DNA of 64,000 nt. It comes from Bacteroidia bacterium. GTDB lineage: Bacteria > Bacteroidota > Bacteroidia > M30B66. The notes under the pieces were generated by a model. The model did not search any database, was not told the origin of the DNA, and was given only the letters and a program-made list of their open reading frames with translations. Location of the stretch: the NCBI GenBank assembly GCA_965279035.1, contig OZ257142.1, positions 960,001-1,024,000 of the forward strand. Reading direction: 5' to 3'. Both the position numbers and the translations under genes were made by a program. Positions 31,095 to 39,454 of this stretch are shown here, one piece after another. Each line of letters begins with the position of its first letter. Positions within the stretch are counted from its first letter, which is position 1.

Positions 31095-31845
31095 AACACT
31101 ATTAATTTCAGGAGCTACTTCTGGAATTGGCTTGGCTACCGCAGTTTTATTGGCAAAACAAGGGCGCTCACTCATCATCACAGGAAGAAGAAAAGATCGT
31201 CTCGAGCAACTTAAAAGAGAATTGGAAAACAAAGGGGCAAAGGTGTTAATTGGAGCTTTTGATATTCAAAGTCGTACCGAAACAGAAGCTTTTGCTCAAT
31301 CCATTCCAGCTTCTTTCAGAAACATACGTGTTTTAGTTAACAATGCTGGCCTTGCTGCAGGATTGAGCCCAATTCAAGAAGGCAATCCCGACGATTGGGA
31401 TCAAATGATTGACACAAATTTGAAAGGCTTACTGTATTTAAGTAGAGCTATTTTACCCTTGATGGAGAAAGTTGAAGGAGCTCAAATCATCAACGTAAGT
31501 TCTATAGCTGGCAAAGAAGTTTATCCCAATGGTAATGTGTATTGTGCAAGCAAACATGCTGTTGATGCCTTAACGAGGTCGATGAGAATTGATTTATTAT
31601 CGAAAGGAATCCGAGTAAGTTCAGTAAGTCCGGGAATGGTAGAAACTGAGTTTTCCTTGGTTCGATTTAAAGGTGATTCAGAACGGGCATCTGCTGTTTA
31701 CAAAGGAATGCAGCCTCTTTTAGCCGAAGATGTTGCAGAAACAATCCGATACATAATAGAAACTCCCTATCGGATTTCCATTGCTGATATTCTCGTTCTT
31801 CCTGCGTCACAGGCGGCATCAAGAGATGTTATAAGAACTGCTTGA
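31084..31845 (+). CDS. SDR oxidoreductase (YdfG-like, NADP-dependent)
   Basis: SGATSGIG, NNAG, YCASK and PGMVETEFS. Confidence 0.88.
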   Translation: MENETLLISGATSGIGLATAVLLAKQGRSLIITGRRKDRLEQLKRELENKGAKVLIGAFDIQSRTETEAFAQSIPASFRNIRVLVNNAGLAAGLSPIQEGNPDDWDQMIDTNLKGLLYLSRAILPLMEKVEGAQIINVSSIAGKEVYPNGNVYCASKHAVDALTRSMRIDLLSKGIRVSSVSPGMVETEFSLVRFKGDSERASAVYKGMQPLLAEDVAETIRYIIETPYRISIADILVLPASQAASRDVIRTA

Positions 31846-32895
31846 TCTTTTTTGAATAGCTTTCACTTTCGGATCCATGACTCTAAACCATATAGGTGGT
31901 ATAAGTGAAAGAAGCATCATTCCTGGATATCCAGTAGGTAATTGTGGACAATCGTCATAATGCTTTAAGGTTTGATATTTTTTCGACGCTTTATAATGAT
32001 GATCAGCATGGCGAGTTAATTCGAATAACATAATTCTTCCTAGAAAATGGTTCGAATTCCAAGAATGGGAGGGAAGTACTTTTTCATAAATCCCTTGGTG
32101 AATTTGATTTCGCGTTAAGCCATAATGTTCGATGTAATTAATTACTTCAAGTAAAATAATTCCGATACATGCTGTAGCAATAAATAGGAACATCGCTTTC
32201 CATCCAAATGAAAATTGAATTGAAATTAGAAGAAGAATCTGAATCACTTGAAATAGTAGCATCCTGTTTTTAATATTCCAAAAGGAAATTCCATTTTTCT
32301 TTAAAAGTGAACGCTGAATTTTCCAAGCAGATACATAGCCTCCAATGATTGATTTGGGGATAAATACATACACGTTTTCTCCCAATTTAGCTGTAGCTGG
32401 ATCAAGCGGTGTTGCAACAAATCGATGGTGACCACGATTGTGCTCTATAAAAAAATGCATGTAGAGCGAACTCAATAATAGAAATTGAGCCATCCATTGT
32501 TCGATCAGATTTTTCCGATGTCCTAATTCATGCGCAATATTAATTCCTATCACTCCTGAACAAATACCTACTGCTGAAGTCATCCCTAACAGTTGTAAAA
32601 TTGAATATTCATTCTTGCTAATAAGTGTAAGATAATATATCAAAACACCCCATTGAAAAGGAATACTTAACCATAAGAAGTAATCAAAACGTGACTGCTT
32701 TACTATATGTTCATATTTTTCTTCAGATAGGTTTTCTTGTGAATTGGGGAAATAAAATTCTAAAAATGGCAAAATACCAAAAGTGAAAATGAGCGTCGCA
32801 AAAGCAAAATTTGAAGGAAATGTTAATGCAATAAACGTAAACACTACTATAACATATCCTGATAAATAATGAAAGTCCTTTATACTTCGAATCAT
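31819..32895 (-). CDS. alkB: Alkane 1-monooxygenase (membrane di-iron)
   Basis: His boxes HELGH, EHNRGHH and RHADHH, the AlkB-diagnostic NYIEHYG, plus DPATA, HSWN and PQLPTGY. Confidence 0.9.
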   Translation of the reverse strand: MIRSIKDFHYLSGYVIVVFTFIALTFPSNFAFATLIFTFGILPFLEFYFPNSQENLSEEKYEHIVKQSRFDYFLWLSIPFQWGVLIYYLTLISKNEYSILQLLGMTSAVGICSGVIGINIAHELGHRKNLIEQWMAQFLLLSSLYMHFFIEHNRGHHRFVATPLDPATAKLGENVYVFIPKSIIGGYVSAWKIQRSLLKKNGISFWNIKNRMLLFQVIQILLLISIQFSFGWKAMFLFIATACIGIILLEVINYIEHYGLTRNQIHQGIYEKVLPSHSWNSNHFLGRIMLFELTRHADHHYKASKKYQTLKHYDDCPQLPTGYPGMMLLSLIPPIWFRVMDPKVKAIQKRSSSSYNIS

Positions 32896-33000
32896 TTCAT
32901 AAAGTTAAAATCAAACTTGATAGTTTAAAAATAAAATAAAAACTCTATCCGCTTTGCCAATACGTTAATTTAGCCGAATTAGTAATATCAACCCTTTTTC

Positions 33001-35532
33001 ATGCGTCAAACCATTCATCGAATTTCTTTACTCACCCTGCTTGTGGTCAGTATTTCTCTTAGTGCATTCATTCTTTTTCAATCTACACCTGAAAAGCATT
33101 TAACTATTCCAAGCTCGGGAGGGACTCGTGTTTTATCCAAAGAGGAAGATGAATCAGAAGAACAACATAGAAGATTAGAGTGGATTGAAATAATTCACAA
33201 AGCTGCTCCTGGAACCGATTGGCGTGCTATTGATCGTAAAACGCGACTTAAGAAGTATGCTAACTATTTAAATCATGTTGGAGAAAAATCAGGTGGTCCC
33301 GTTTCCGTTGCTGGTGGAGCTTTGACTGGAGTTTGGAAAGAAAAAGGGAGTGGTAACTTAGCTGGAAGATCGCATACATGTGATTTTGATACAAGTACCA
33401 ATAAAATTTATTTAGGATCTGATGGCGGAAATATATGGAAGGGTTCAATTTCAGGAACTGGTTGGGAAGTGCTCAATGATCAATTGAAATTTGAAAGTAT
33501 TGAATTAGTAAGAGTGATTTCTCGCGGAACTACTCACCGTATTTTTGTTGGAACAGGCGATCGATTTCTTTATTTTTCGGATGATGATGGTCTAACATGG
33601 AACACTTCAACAGGCTTGCCTTTGATGACTGCCGGCTCAGAACATATCGAACGTGTTCAAGTTGTTGATGATTCACTTGCAACCGTTTTAGTATTATTAA
33701 AAGGTCATATTACTGGAAATCCATCCAAGGTGCAGGTGTATCGCTCGACCGATTTAGGTACTAGTTTTTCCCCATTTCTTGAAATTCCCAATACAGGTAA
33801 TGACGATTTAAGCCAATTTGATCTTTGGGCTCCAGAATATGGTTTCACAAATCCTTTTGTAGTACATAATGATTTATCATATCGAATTGACATCAGCGAC
33901 TCATTACTAAGTCCAATAGGTGTTTTGCCCGATTCTCCGAGCGGCTATACCATGTTAACGGGACATCTTGCTTCTAATGGAGCTGTTTATTTGTATGCTT
34001 ATGTAAATCAATTGATCTATCGTTCAGACAATAATGGAATCGACTGGTCACTAATGACGAATCTAGGAAAGGACCCATTTTTCAAAACGAGTTTTAATTG
34101 TTCTGTAAATACTCCAGATGTCTTATTTTTTGGAGATGTTGAATGCTACCGAAGTTTTAATGGTGGTTTTACTTGGACTAAAGTAAACGACTGGCCCGAC
34201 TATTATCAAAATACATTGTCAAAACTTCATGCCGATAATCCATCTGTAAACTGTTTACGTAGAGCCGATGGAACAGAATTTCAGTTAATCAATACCGATG
34301 GAGGAACTTTTATTTCGAATAATAATCTCCTTCAGGTTACCAATATTTCTCAGCAAGGGCTAAATATTGGACAGTATTATTCGAGTTTAACAGCACGTTA
34401 TGATACCAACATTGTTTTCTTAGGAGCTCAAGATCAAGGGTTTCAACGCACTGAAGTTGACAATGGTGGATTGTTGATGCCCGAACAAGTGGTAAGTGGG
34501 GATTATGGACATATCGTTACTGGAAATGATGGATTTAGCATTTTCATGGTTTATCCGGGTTTTGCGATTTTTTATCCGGACGCAACAACTACTTCAGATT
34601 TATCTTGGGATTTCGATGGAAACAATACGTTTTGGATTCCTCCATTGCTCGCTGATCCTGATTATGATGATATCGCTTATATGGCGAACGGGTCGAAAAT
34701 CACCAAACTTCAACCTAATGGAACTACGCTGACTGCCGAAAATTTAACACAAACATTTCAGGGCGGAATTTCAGCCATTGCAATTTCTCCATTAAATCAT
34801 GATTACTGGTATGTTTATACCGATAGTGGACGGTTTTATCGATCAACTGATGGTGGACAAACCTGGATTTCTGTTTTGATAGGAAATGCTCCAACTGGAA
34901 ATTATCTCTATGGTGCTTGCATCTATCCATCGAAATACCATTTGGAAGAAGTTTGGATTTGTGGCAGTGGTTATTCTAATCCACCCGTCTATTTTTCTTC
35001 GAACAACGGGGCTAACTTTACTGCGAAGAGTTCAGGATTACCTTCAACGCTAGTTTATAAAATGGATGGAACTCCAGGAGATGAATTTATTTTCGCTTCA
35101 ACCGAAGTGGGTGCATATGTTTTTGTAAAGTCGGAAAATGCGTGGTTTGATTTAGGGATTGGTGTAGCACCAGATCAAAATTATTGGTCGGTTGATTATA
35201 TTGAATCGATGAAAACCGCACGGTTTGTTACTTACGGAAGAGGTGCTTGGGATTTTAGAGTTCAAACACCATTAGTAACTCCAATAGTTCAATCCCCAAT
35301 TTTAAGAGTTTACCCCAATCCAGTTGACAATGTTTTATATTTTCAACCTTTAAAATTGAGCGGAGCAACTACTTATTTTATGTATTCAATGACGGGTCAA
35401 ATTGTGAAACAAGGAAAATTGAATTCAGGACAATCAGAAATACCAACGAGTGATTTGAATTCGGGGATGTATATACTTGTAATTGCTGATATGAATCGAA
35501 AGTTTAGTGAAAAGGTGATTGTTCATCATTGA
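33001..35532 (+). CDS. T9SS-secreted BNR/Asp-box beta-propeller protein (VPS10/GH74-like fold)
   Basis: Asp-boxes SDDDGLTW, STDLGTSF, SDNNGIDW, SFNGGFTW, STDGGQTW and SSNNGANF; TYGRGAW; type A CTD VYPNP...GMYIL...KVIV. Confidence 0.8.
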   Translation: MRQTIHRISLLTLLVVSISLSAFILFQSTPEKHLTIPSSGGTRVLSKEEDESEEQHRRLEWIEIIHKAAPGTDWRAIDRKTRLKKYANYLNHVGEKSGGPVSVAGGALTGVWKEKGSGNLAGRSHTCDFDTSTNKIYLGSDGGNIWKGSISGTGWEVLNDQLKFESIELVRVISRGTTHRIFVGTGDRFLYFSDDDGLTWNTSTGLPLMTAGSEHIERVQVVDDSLATVLVLLKGHITGNPSKVQVYRSTDLGTSFSPFLEIPNTGNDDLSQFDLWAPEYGFTNPFVVHNDLSYRIDISDSLLSPIGVLPDSPSGYTMLTGHLASNGAVYLYAYVNQLIYRSDNNGIDWSLMTNLGKDPFFKTSFNCSVNTPDVLFFGDVECYRSFNGGFTWTKVNDWPDYYQNTLSKLHADNPSVNCLRRADGTEFQLINTDGGTFISNNNLLQVTNISQQGLNIGQYYSSLTARYDTNIVFLGAQDQGFQRTEVDNGGLLMPEQVVSGDYGHIVTGNDGFSIFMVYPGFAIFYPDATTTSDLSWDFDGNNTFWIPPLLADPDYDDIAYMANGSKITKLQPNGTTLTAENLTQTFQGGISAIAISPLNHDYWYVYTDSGRFYRSTDGGQTWISVLIGNAPTGNYLYGACIYPSKYHLEEVWICGSGYSNPPVYFSSNNGANFTAKSSGLPSTLVYKMDGTPGDEFIFASTEVGAYVFVKSENAWFDLGIGVAPDQNYWSVDYIESMKTARFVTYGRGAWDFRVQTPLVTPIVQSPILRVYPNPVDNVLYFQPLKLSGATTYFMYSMTGQIVKQGKLNSGQSEIPTSDLNSGMYILVIADMNRKFSEKVIVHH

Positions 35533-35757
35533 TTATTCATCGGTGCAGGTATAAGATCCACCAATTAATTTCGATAAATCTCGAGCATTTGTTTTCGCTT
35601 TGTCCACCTCAGTGCTATTTCCACACGTTTTTGTGGATTCTTGAATGATGTTTTGATTAGAATCTTTCACTTCGCAGGAAGTACATTTTTTACACGACTC
35701 AGCAAGGAAAACAAAGAATAAGAAAAAGAAAGCAAACTTAATTGTTCTTTGGTTCAT
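35533..35757 (-). CDS. Small Cys-rich lipoprotein (CKK-CxxC type)
   Basis: Lipoprotein signal LAES-C, then KKCTSC...C...C. Confidence 0.75.
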   Translation of the reverse strand: MNQRTIKFAFFFLFFVFLAESCKKCTSCEVKDSNQNIIQESTKTCGNSTEVDKAKTNARDLSKLIGGSYTCTDE

Positions 35758-35769
35758 ATTGATTTTGAA

Positions 35770-36006
35770 TTAATCACGAGTGCATTTGAGTTCAAGAGAA
35801 TCGGGGAGATATACACGATAACTTAATTCTTGTGCATCGAGCGTCCCCTTTTTTCCACATAACTCTGGATAGGTTTCAAAAGTGGCTCCAGTGCTTTTGA
35901 TTGTTGACTTACACGTCATACATTTCTTACAGGAAGTGAAATGAGTAATGCAAATGAAAGCAAGTGATATAAAGCAAAGAGGTGCAAAACCTTTTGTATT
36001 TTTCAT
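35770..36006 (-). CDS. Small Cys-rich lipoprotein (CKK-CxxC type)
   Basis: FTS-C, then KKCMTC...C...C; TAGGTTTG -7 element upstream. Confidence 0.75.
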   Translation of the reverse strand: MKNTKGFAPLCFISLAFICITHFTSCKKCMTCKSTIKSTGATFETYPELCGKKGTLDAQELSYRVYLPDSLELKCTRD

Positions 36007-36034
36007 TTTGAAATTCTAATTTGAATAGTGATTC

Positions 36035-36064
36035 CAAACCTAAATAAAATTGTACTTAGATTTG
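36035..36064. promoter_or_regulatory. Back-to-back divergent -7 promoter elements
   Basis: TAGGTTTG on the minus strand (36042-36035) and TAGATTTG on the plus strand (36057-36064). Confidence 0.65.
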
Positions 36065-36090
36065 GGTACATATAATATTCTTCAAACATC

Positions 36091-36279
36091 ATGAAACGGC
36101 TTATTATTTTCCTCTTTCTTCTCGTCTTCTTTCAATCTTGTAAAAAAGATTATACCTGTACTTGCTCTTATATGGGTATAAAAACATCGACCGAATATTC
36201 TGGAATCAATAAGAATGATGCAAAAGCGTACAAGGAAAATTGTGAAATTGGAGTTGATTGTGTTTGGGCTGAAAAATAA
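36091..36279 (+). CDS. Small Cys-rich lipoprotein (CKKDYxCxC type)
   Basis: FQS-C, then KKDYTCTC...C...C. Confidence 0.78.
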   Translation: MKRLIIFLFLLVFFQSCKKDYTCTCSYMGIKTSTEYSGINKNDAKAYKENCEIGVDCVWAEK

Positions 36280-36402
36280 ATTCTTAAAAAATCTACTTTT
36301 CTAAATTCAACTACAATCGTGTTTTTATGTAGTTAACAAGATTCCATTTTCGTCCTTTTGGATTTAAAGTTTGAAAATGAACATAGAATAGTTAAGAAAA
36401 AA

Positions 36403-36433
36403 TTTGGATTTTAGACTAGTCCGATTACTTTTG
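36403..36433 (+). promoter_or_regulatory. Consensus sigma-A promoter
   Basis: TTTG (36403-36406), 19-nt spacer, TACTTTTG (36426-36433). Confidence 0.75.
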
Positions 36434-36466
36434 CACGAGTATAAAACCAAAACCAAAACCCTCAAT

Positions 36467-36664
36467 ATGAAAAAAGTACTTGTTGCTGTTGCAGTTATTG
36501 CGTTCTTCGCTTCTTGCAAAAAAGATTACTCATGTGATTGCACAATCTTAGGCCAAACTACAAAAACTGCAATTAACGATTCTAAGAAAAGTGATGCAAC
36601 GGATGCTTGCGATGCGTTGAATACTTCTGCAGCTATCCTTGGTGGTTCTTGCACTTTGAACTAA
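36467..36664 (+). CDS. Small Cys-rich lipoprotein (CKKDYxCxC type)
   Basis: Real start MKKVLV at 36467; FAS-C, then KKDYSCDC...C...C. Confidence 0.82.
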   Translation: MKKVLVAVAVIAFFASCKKDYSCDCTILGQTTKTAINDSKKSDATDACDALNTSAAILGGSCTLN

Positions 36665-36683
36665 GAATTTCTTAAAAGCAATT

Positions 36684-36714
36684 AAAAAGCTGGTTCATAA
36701 GACCGGCTTTTTTT
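36684..36714 (+). terminator. Intrinsic terminator
   Basis: AAAAAGCTGGT-tcataag-ACCGGCTTTTTTT hairpin, ending 4 nt before the next ATG. Confidence 0.8.
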
Positions 36715-36718
36715 ATTT

Positions 36719-37639
36719 ATGATGAACTTACTTTTTCGTTTCCTTTCAGGAATATTACTTATTTCTATTGGCTGGTTTGCCTGTAAAGAAGCCGATTTTC
36801 TAGAATACGTTTTAGTTGATGCTGGTTGGTCGGGTTGGTGGTTTAGTGCCTATTTGAGTCGATTTATTACTGGTTCTTGTTTCACTTTAGGAAGTTTATT
36901 GGTTTTGCTTCCAAAGAAAAGTACTCCTGTCATTTATTCTTCTCTGTTTTTGGTTTTCGGAATGCTTGTTTTAGCTATTCTTCAACCATTTTTTCTTGGA
37001 TTAAATCGCTGTTATGTTTGCCTTTCCGAATTTGAAAAGATTAGTCGTTATCAAGGAATATTTATTTGGGCTGGAATTGGAGCTTTGTTGTTAGGTGCTT
37101 TTTATACGAGAAAGAAATCAAAATCAATTCTTCCAAATTGGGTTGCAATTCCTATTACTCTAATAGGTTTATCAATTCCATATATACTAAATTATCCTGC
37201 TCAGTGGGCAGTTTATGGAGAAATTGGAGAAGCTACCATTGAAGGTAATAAGGATATTTTTATTAGTAAGTTGGATACAGCCCATTTTGAAGTTGGAAAT
37301 GTTCCTTATTCAAAGAATATTTGGCAAAAGAAGCATATTCTGATTATGGCAAGTCTGTCTTGCCCCTTTTGCAACAGAGCTGCTTATAAGATGCATGTAC
37401 TTCGAAATAAGAATCCAGACTTTCCTGTGCTTTTTTTATTGAATGGAGATGTTGATGGATTAAAGTACTTTATCAAAAGAAATGTTTTTGATAATGTGCC
37501 CTACATCATGTTGAATGGTAAATTGTTTAATGAAATGTGCGATGGTCGGGTTCCTCGAATCTATCAAATAGAAAATGGAGTAGCTACGAAAGAGTTTACT
37601 TATTGGGCCTTACTTCCTTCCTCTTTATCGAATAATTGA
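36719..37639 (+). CDS. MauE/DoxX-like membrane domain fused to a thioredoxin-like CxxC domain
   Basis: About 5 TM helices with a loop CYVC (compare the MauE-type CGC motif), then SLSCPFC and a VP cis-Pro-like motif. Confidence 0.6.
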   Translation: MMNLLFRFLSGILLISIGWFACKEADFLEYVLVDAGWSGWWFSAYLSRFITGSCFTLGSLLVLLPKKSTPVIYSSLFLVFGMLVLAILQPFFLGLNRCYVCLSEFEKISRYQGIFIWAGIGALLLGAFYTRKKSKSILPNWVAIPITLIGLSIPYILNYPAQWAVYGEIGEATIEGNKDIFISKLDTAHFEVGNVPYSKNIWQKKHILIMASLSCPFCNRAAYKMHVLRNKNPDFPVLFLLNGDVDGLKYFIKRNVFDNVPYIMLNGKLFNEMCDGRVPRIYQIENGVATKEFTYWALLPSSLSNN

Positions 37640-37702
37640 TTCTGCTTTCTTGGTAGATTTCTTTGGGTATATTTGAAAATTGTCCAGATTAAATCTATCG
37701 CT

Positions 37703-39454
37703 GTGAAACGTATCATTGATATTCTGCCGCATTCCAAAGCAAATTATAATCGACCGGATGTACTAGTTAGTAAAGTTGATGGTATTTGGAAATCAATTTC
37801 TATTGATGAATTCATTGAAGTTTCTGATGCGATCAGCTATGGGTTAATTCATGCAGGAATTGGTCCCAATGATAAAGTGGCTATCATTTCATCGAATTGT
37901 CCAGAATGGAACTTTGTTGATTTCGCTATAGCTCAAATTGGAGCAGTAAGTGTTCCTATTTATCCAACAATGAGCGTTGGTGATACTGAATTCATTTTGA
38001 AGGATGCTGATGTAAAGATTGTATTTGTAAATGATCTTGAACTGTCTTTAAAAGTTGAATCAATCCGACCGAATTTACCTGAGCTCAAAGCAATATATGC
38101 GTTTAAAAAACAGGATGGTACAGTTCATTATTCTGAAATAGTAGAAACCGGAAAGAAAAACCCTGTAAAAGAAAAATTAGATTTCTTAAAGTCGGAAGTT
38201 AAACCCGATCAAATCCTAACGTTAATATACACATCTGGTACAACAGGCACACCGAAAGGAGTTATGTTATCTCACAATAATTTAATTTCTAACGTCATTG
38301 CTTCTGGTGAAGTTTGTCCAGTTACTCGTGAACATAAAGTGCTTAGCTTCTTGCCGCTTTCACACATTTTCGAGCGAATGCTTGTTTACTTGTATTTGTA
38401 TGTGGGTGCAGGAGTATATTATGCCGAAAGTCTTGACACAATTGGTGATAACCTAAAAGAAGTGCAACCATTTGCTTTTTCTACTGTGCCTCGTTTATTA
38501 GAAAAAGTGTACGATAAAATCGTGGCAAAAGGACATGAACTTACTGGAATTAAACGGAGTTTGTTTTTTTGGGCACTCGATCTTGGGCATCGCTACGAAT
38601 TGGATGGAGTAAATGGTTGGTGGTATAAATTTCAGCTCAGCATTGCCAATAAGCTCATCTTTAATAAATGGCGAGAAGCTCTTGGTAATCATGTGGGTGT
38701 TATTGTTTCCGGTTCTGCTGCATTACAACCTCGTTTAGCTAGAGTTTTTACCGCAGCTCAAATTAATGTTCTTGAAGGATATGGCTTAACCGAAACTTCT
38801 CCAGTGATTACCGTGAATCGCTTGGATAAAGGAATGAGAGCATTTGGTTCAGTTGGTCCTGCTATTCGTGACGTTGAAGTTAAGATTGCCGCTGATGGAG
38901 AAATTCTATGCAAAGGACCTAATGTGATGCTGGGATATTATAAAAGACAAGATTTAACCGATGAAGTATTAAAAGACCAGTGGTTTTATACGGGTGATAT
39001 TGGAGAAATTAAAAACGGACTTTTGCGTATCACCGATCGTAAAAAAGAAATTTTCAAAACTTCTGGTGGGAAATATATTGCTCCTCAAATGATGGAGAAT
39101 AAATTCAAAGAATCAATTTATATAGAACAAATCATGGTTGTGGGTGAAGGTCGAAAACATCCTTCTGCACTCATTGTTCCCAATTTTGTTCTGCTTCGTG
39201 ATTGGGCTAAAAATCATGGTTTACCCGAAATGACAAATGCTCAACTTTGTTTGGAAACACAAGTGATCGCACTTATTCAAAAGGAAGTTGATACCTACAA
39301 TGCCAATTTTGGGCATTATGAAATGATTAAAAAATTCGCATTAATTCCTGCAGAGTGGTCAACTAATACAGGAGAGCTAACTCCAAAACTCTCTTTAAAA
39401 CGTAGGGTATTGTTGGATCAATATGCTTCAGTTATTGATGCATTTTATGCCTGA
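37703..39454 (+). CDS. Long-chain fatty acid-CoA ligase
   Basis: IYTSGTTGTPKG, FLPLSHIFE, EGYGLTE, TGDIG and DRKKEIFKTSGGKYIAP. GTG 37703 is preferred because the track's TTG lies in a TATATTTG -7 element. Confidence 0.92.
   Translation: MKRIIDILPHSKANYNRPDVLVSKVDGIWKSISIDEFIEVSDAISYGLIHAGIGPNDKVAIISSNCPEWNFVDFAIAQIGAVSVPIYPTMSVGDTEFILKDADVKIVFVNDLELSLKVESIRPNLPELKAIYAFKKQDGTVHYSEIVETGKKNPVKEKLDFLKSEVKPDQILTLIYTSGTTGTPKGVMLSHNNLISNVIASGEVCPVTREHKVLSFLPLSHIFERMLVYLYLYVGAGVYYAESLDTIGDNLKEVQPFAFSTVPRLLEKVYDKIVAKGHELTGIKRSLFFWALDLGHRYELDGVNGWWYKFQLSIANKLIFNKWREALGNHVGVIVSGSAALQPRLARVFTAAQINVLEGYGLTETSPVITVNRLDKGMRAFGSVGPAIRDVEVKIAADGEILCKGPNVMLGYYKRQDLTDEVLKDQWFYTGDIGEIKNGLLRITDRKKEIFKTSGGKYIAPQMMENKFKESIYIEQIMVVGEGRKHPSALIVPNFVLLRDWAKNHGLPEMTNAQLCLETQVIALIQKEVDTYNANFGHYEMIKKFALIPAEWSTNTGELTPKLSLKRRVLLDQYASVIDAFYA

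Noticed and set aside
36442-36460. (AAAACC)x3 in the 5' leader of a mini-lipoprotein as a phase-variation tract
   Set aside because: It is short and lies downstream of the promoter; it is more simply an A-rich Bacteroidota translation-enhancing leader.
35533-36664. Small Cys-rich ORFs as RiPP precursors (lanthipeptide/ranthipeptide)
   Set aside because: They carry lipoprotein signal peptides rather than leader peptides, and there is no adjacent LanM, radical SAM, YcaO or peptidase-transporter gene.
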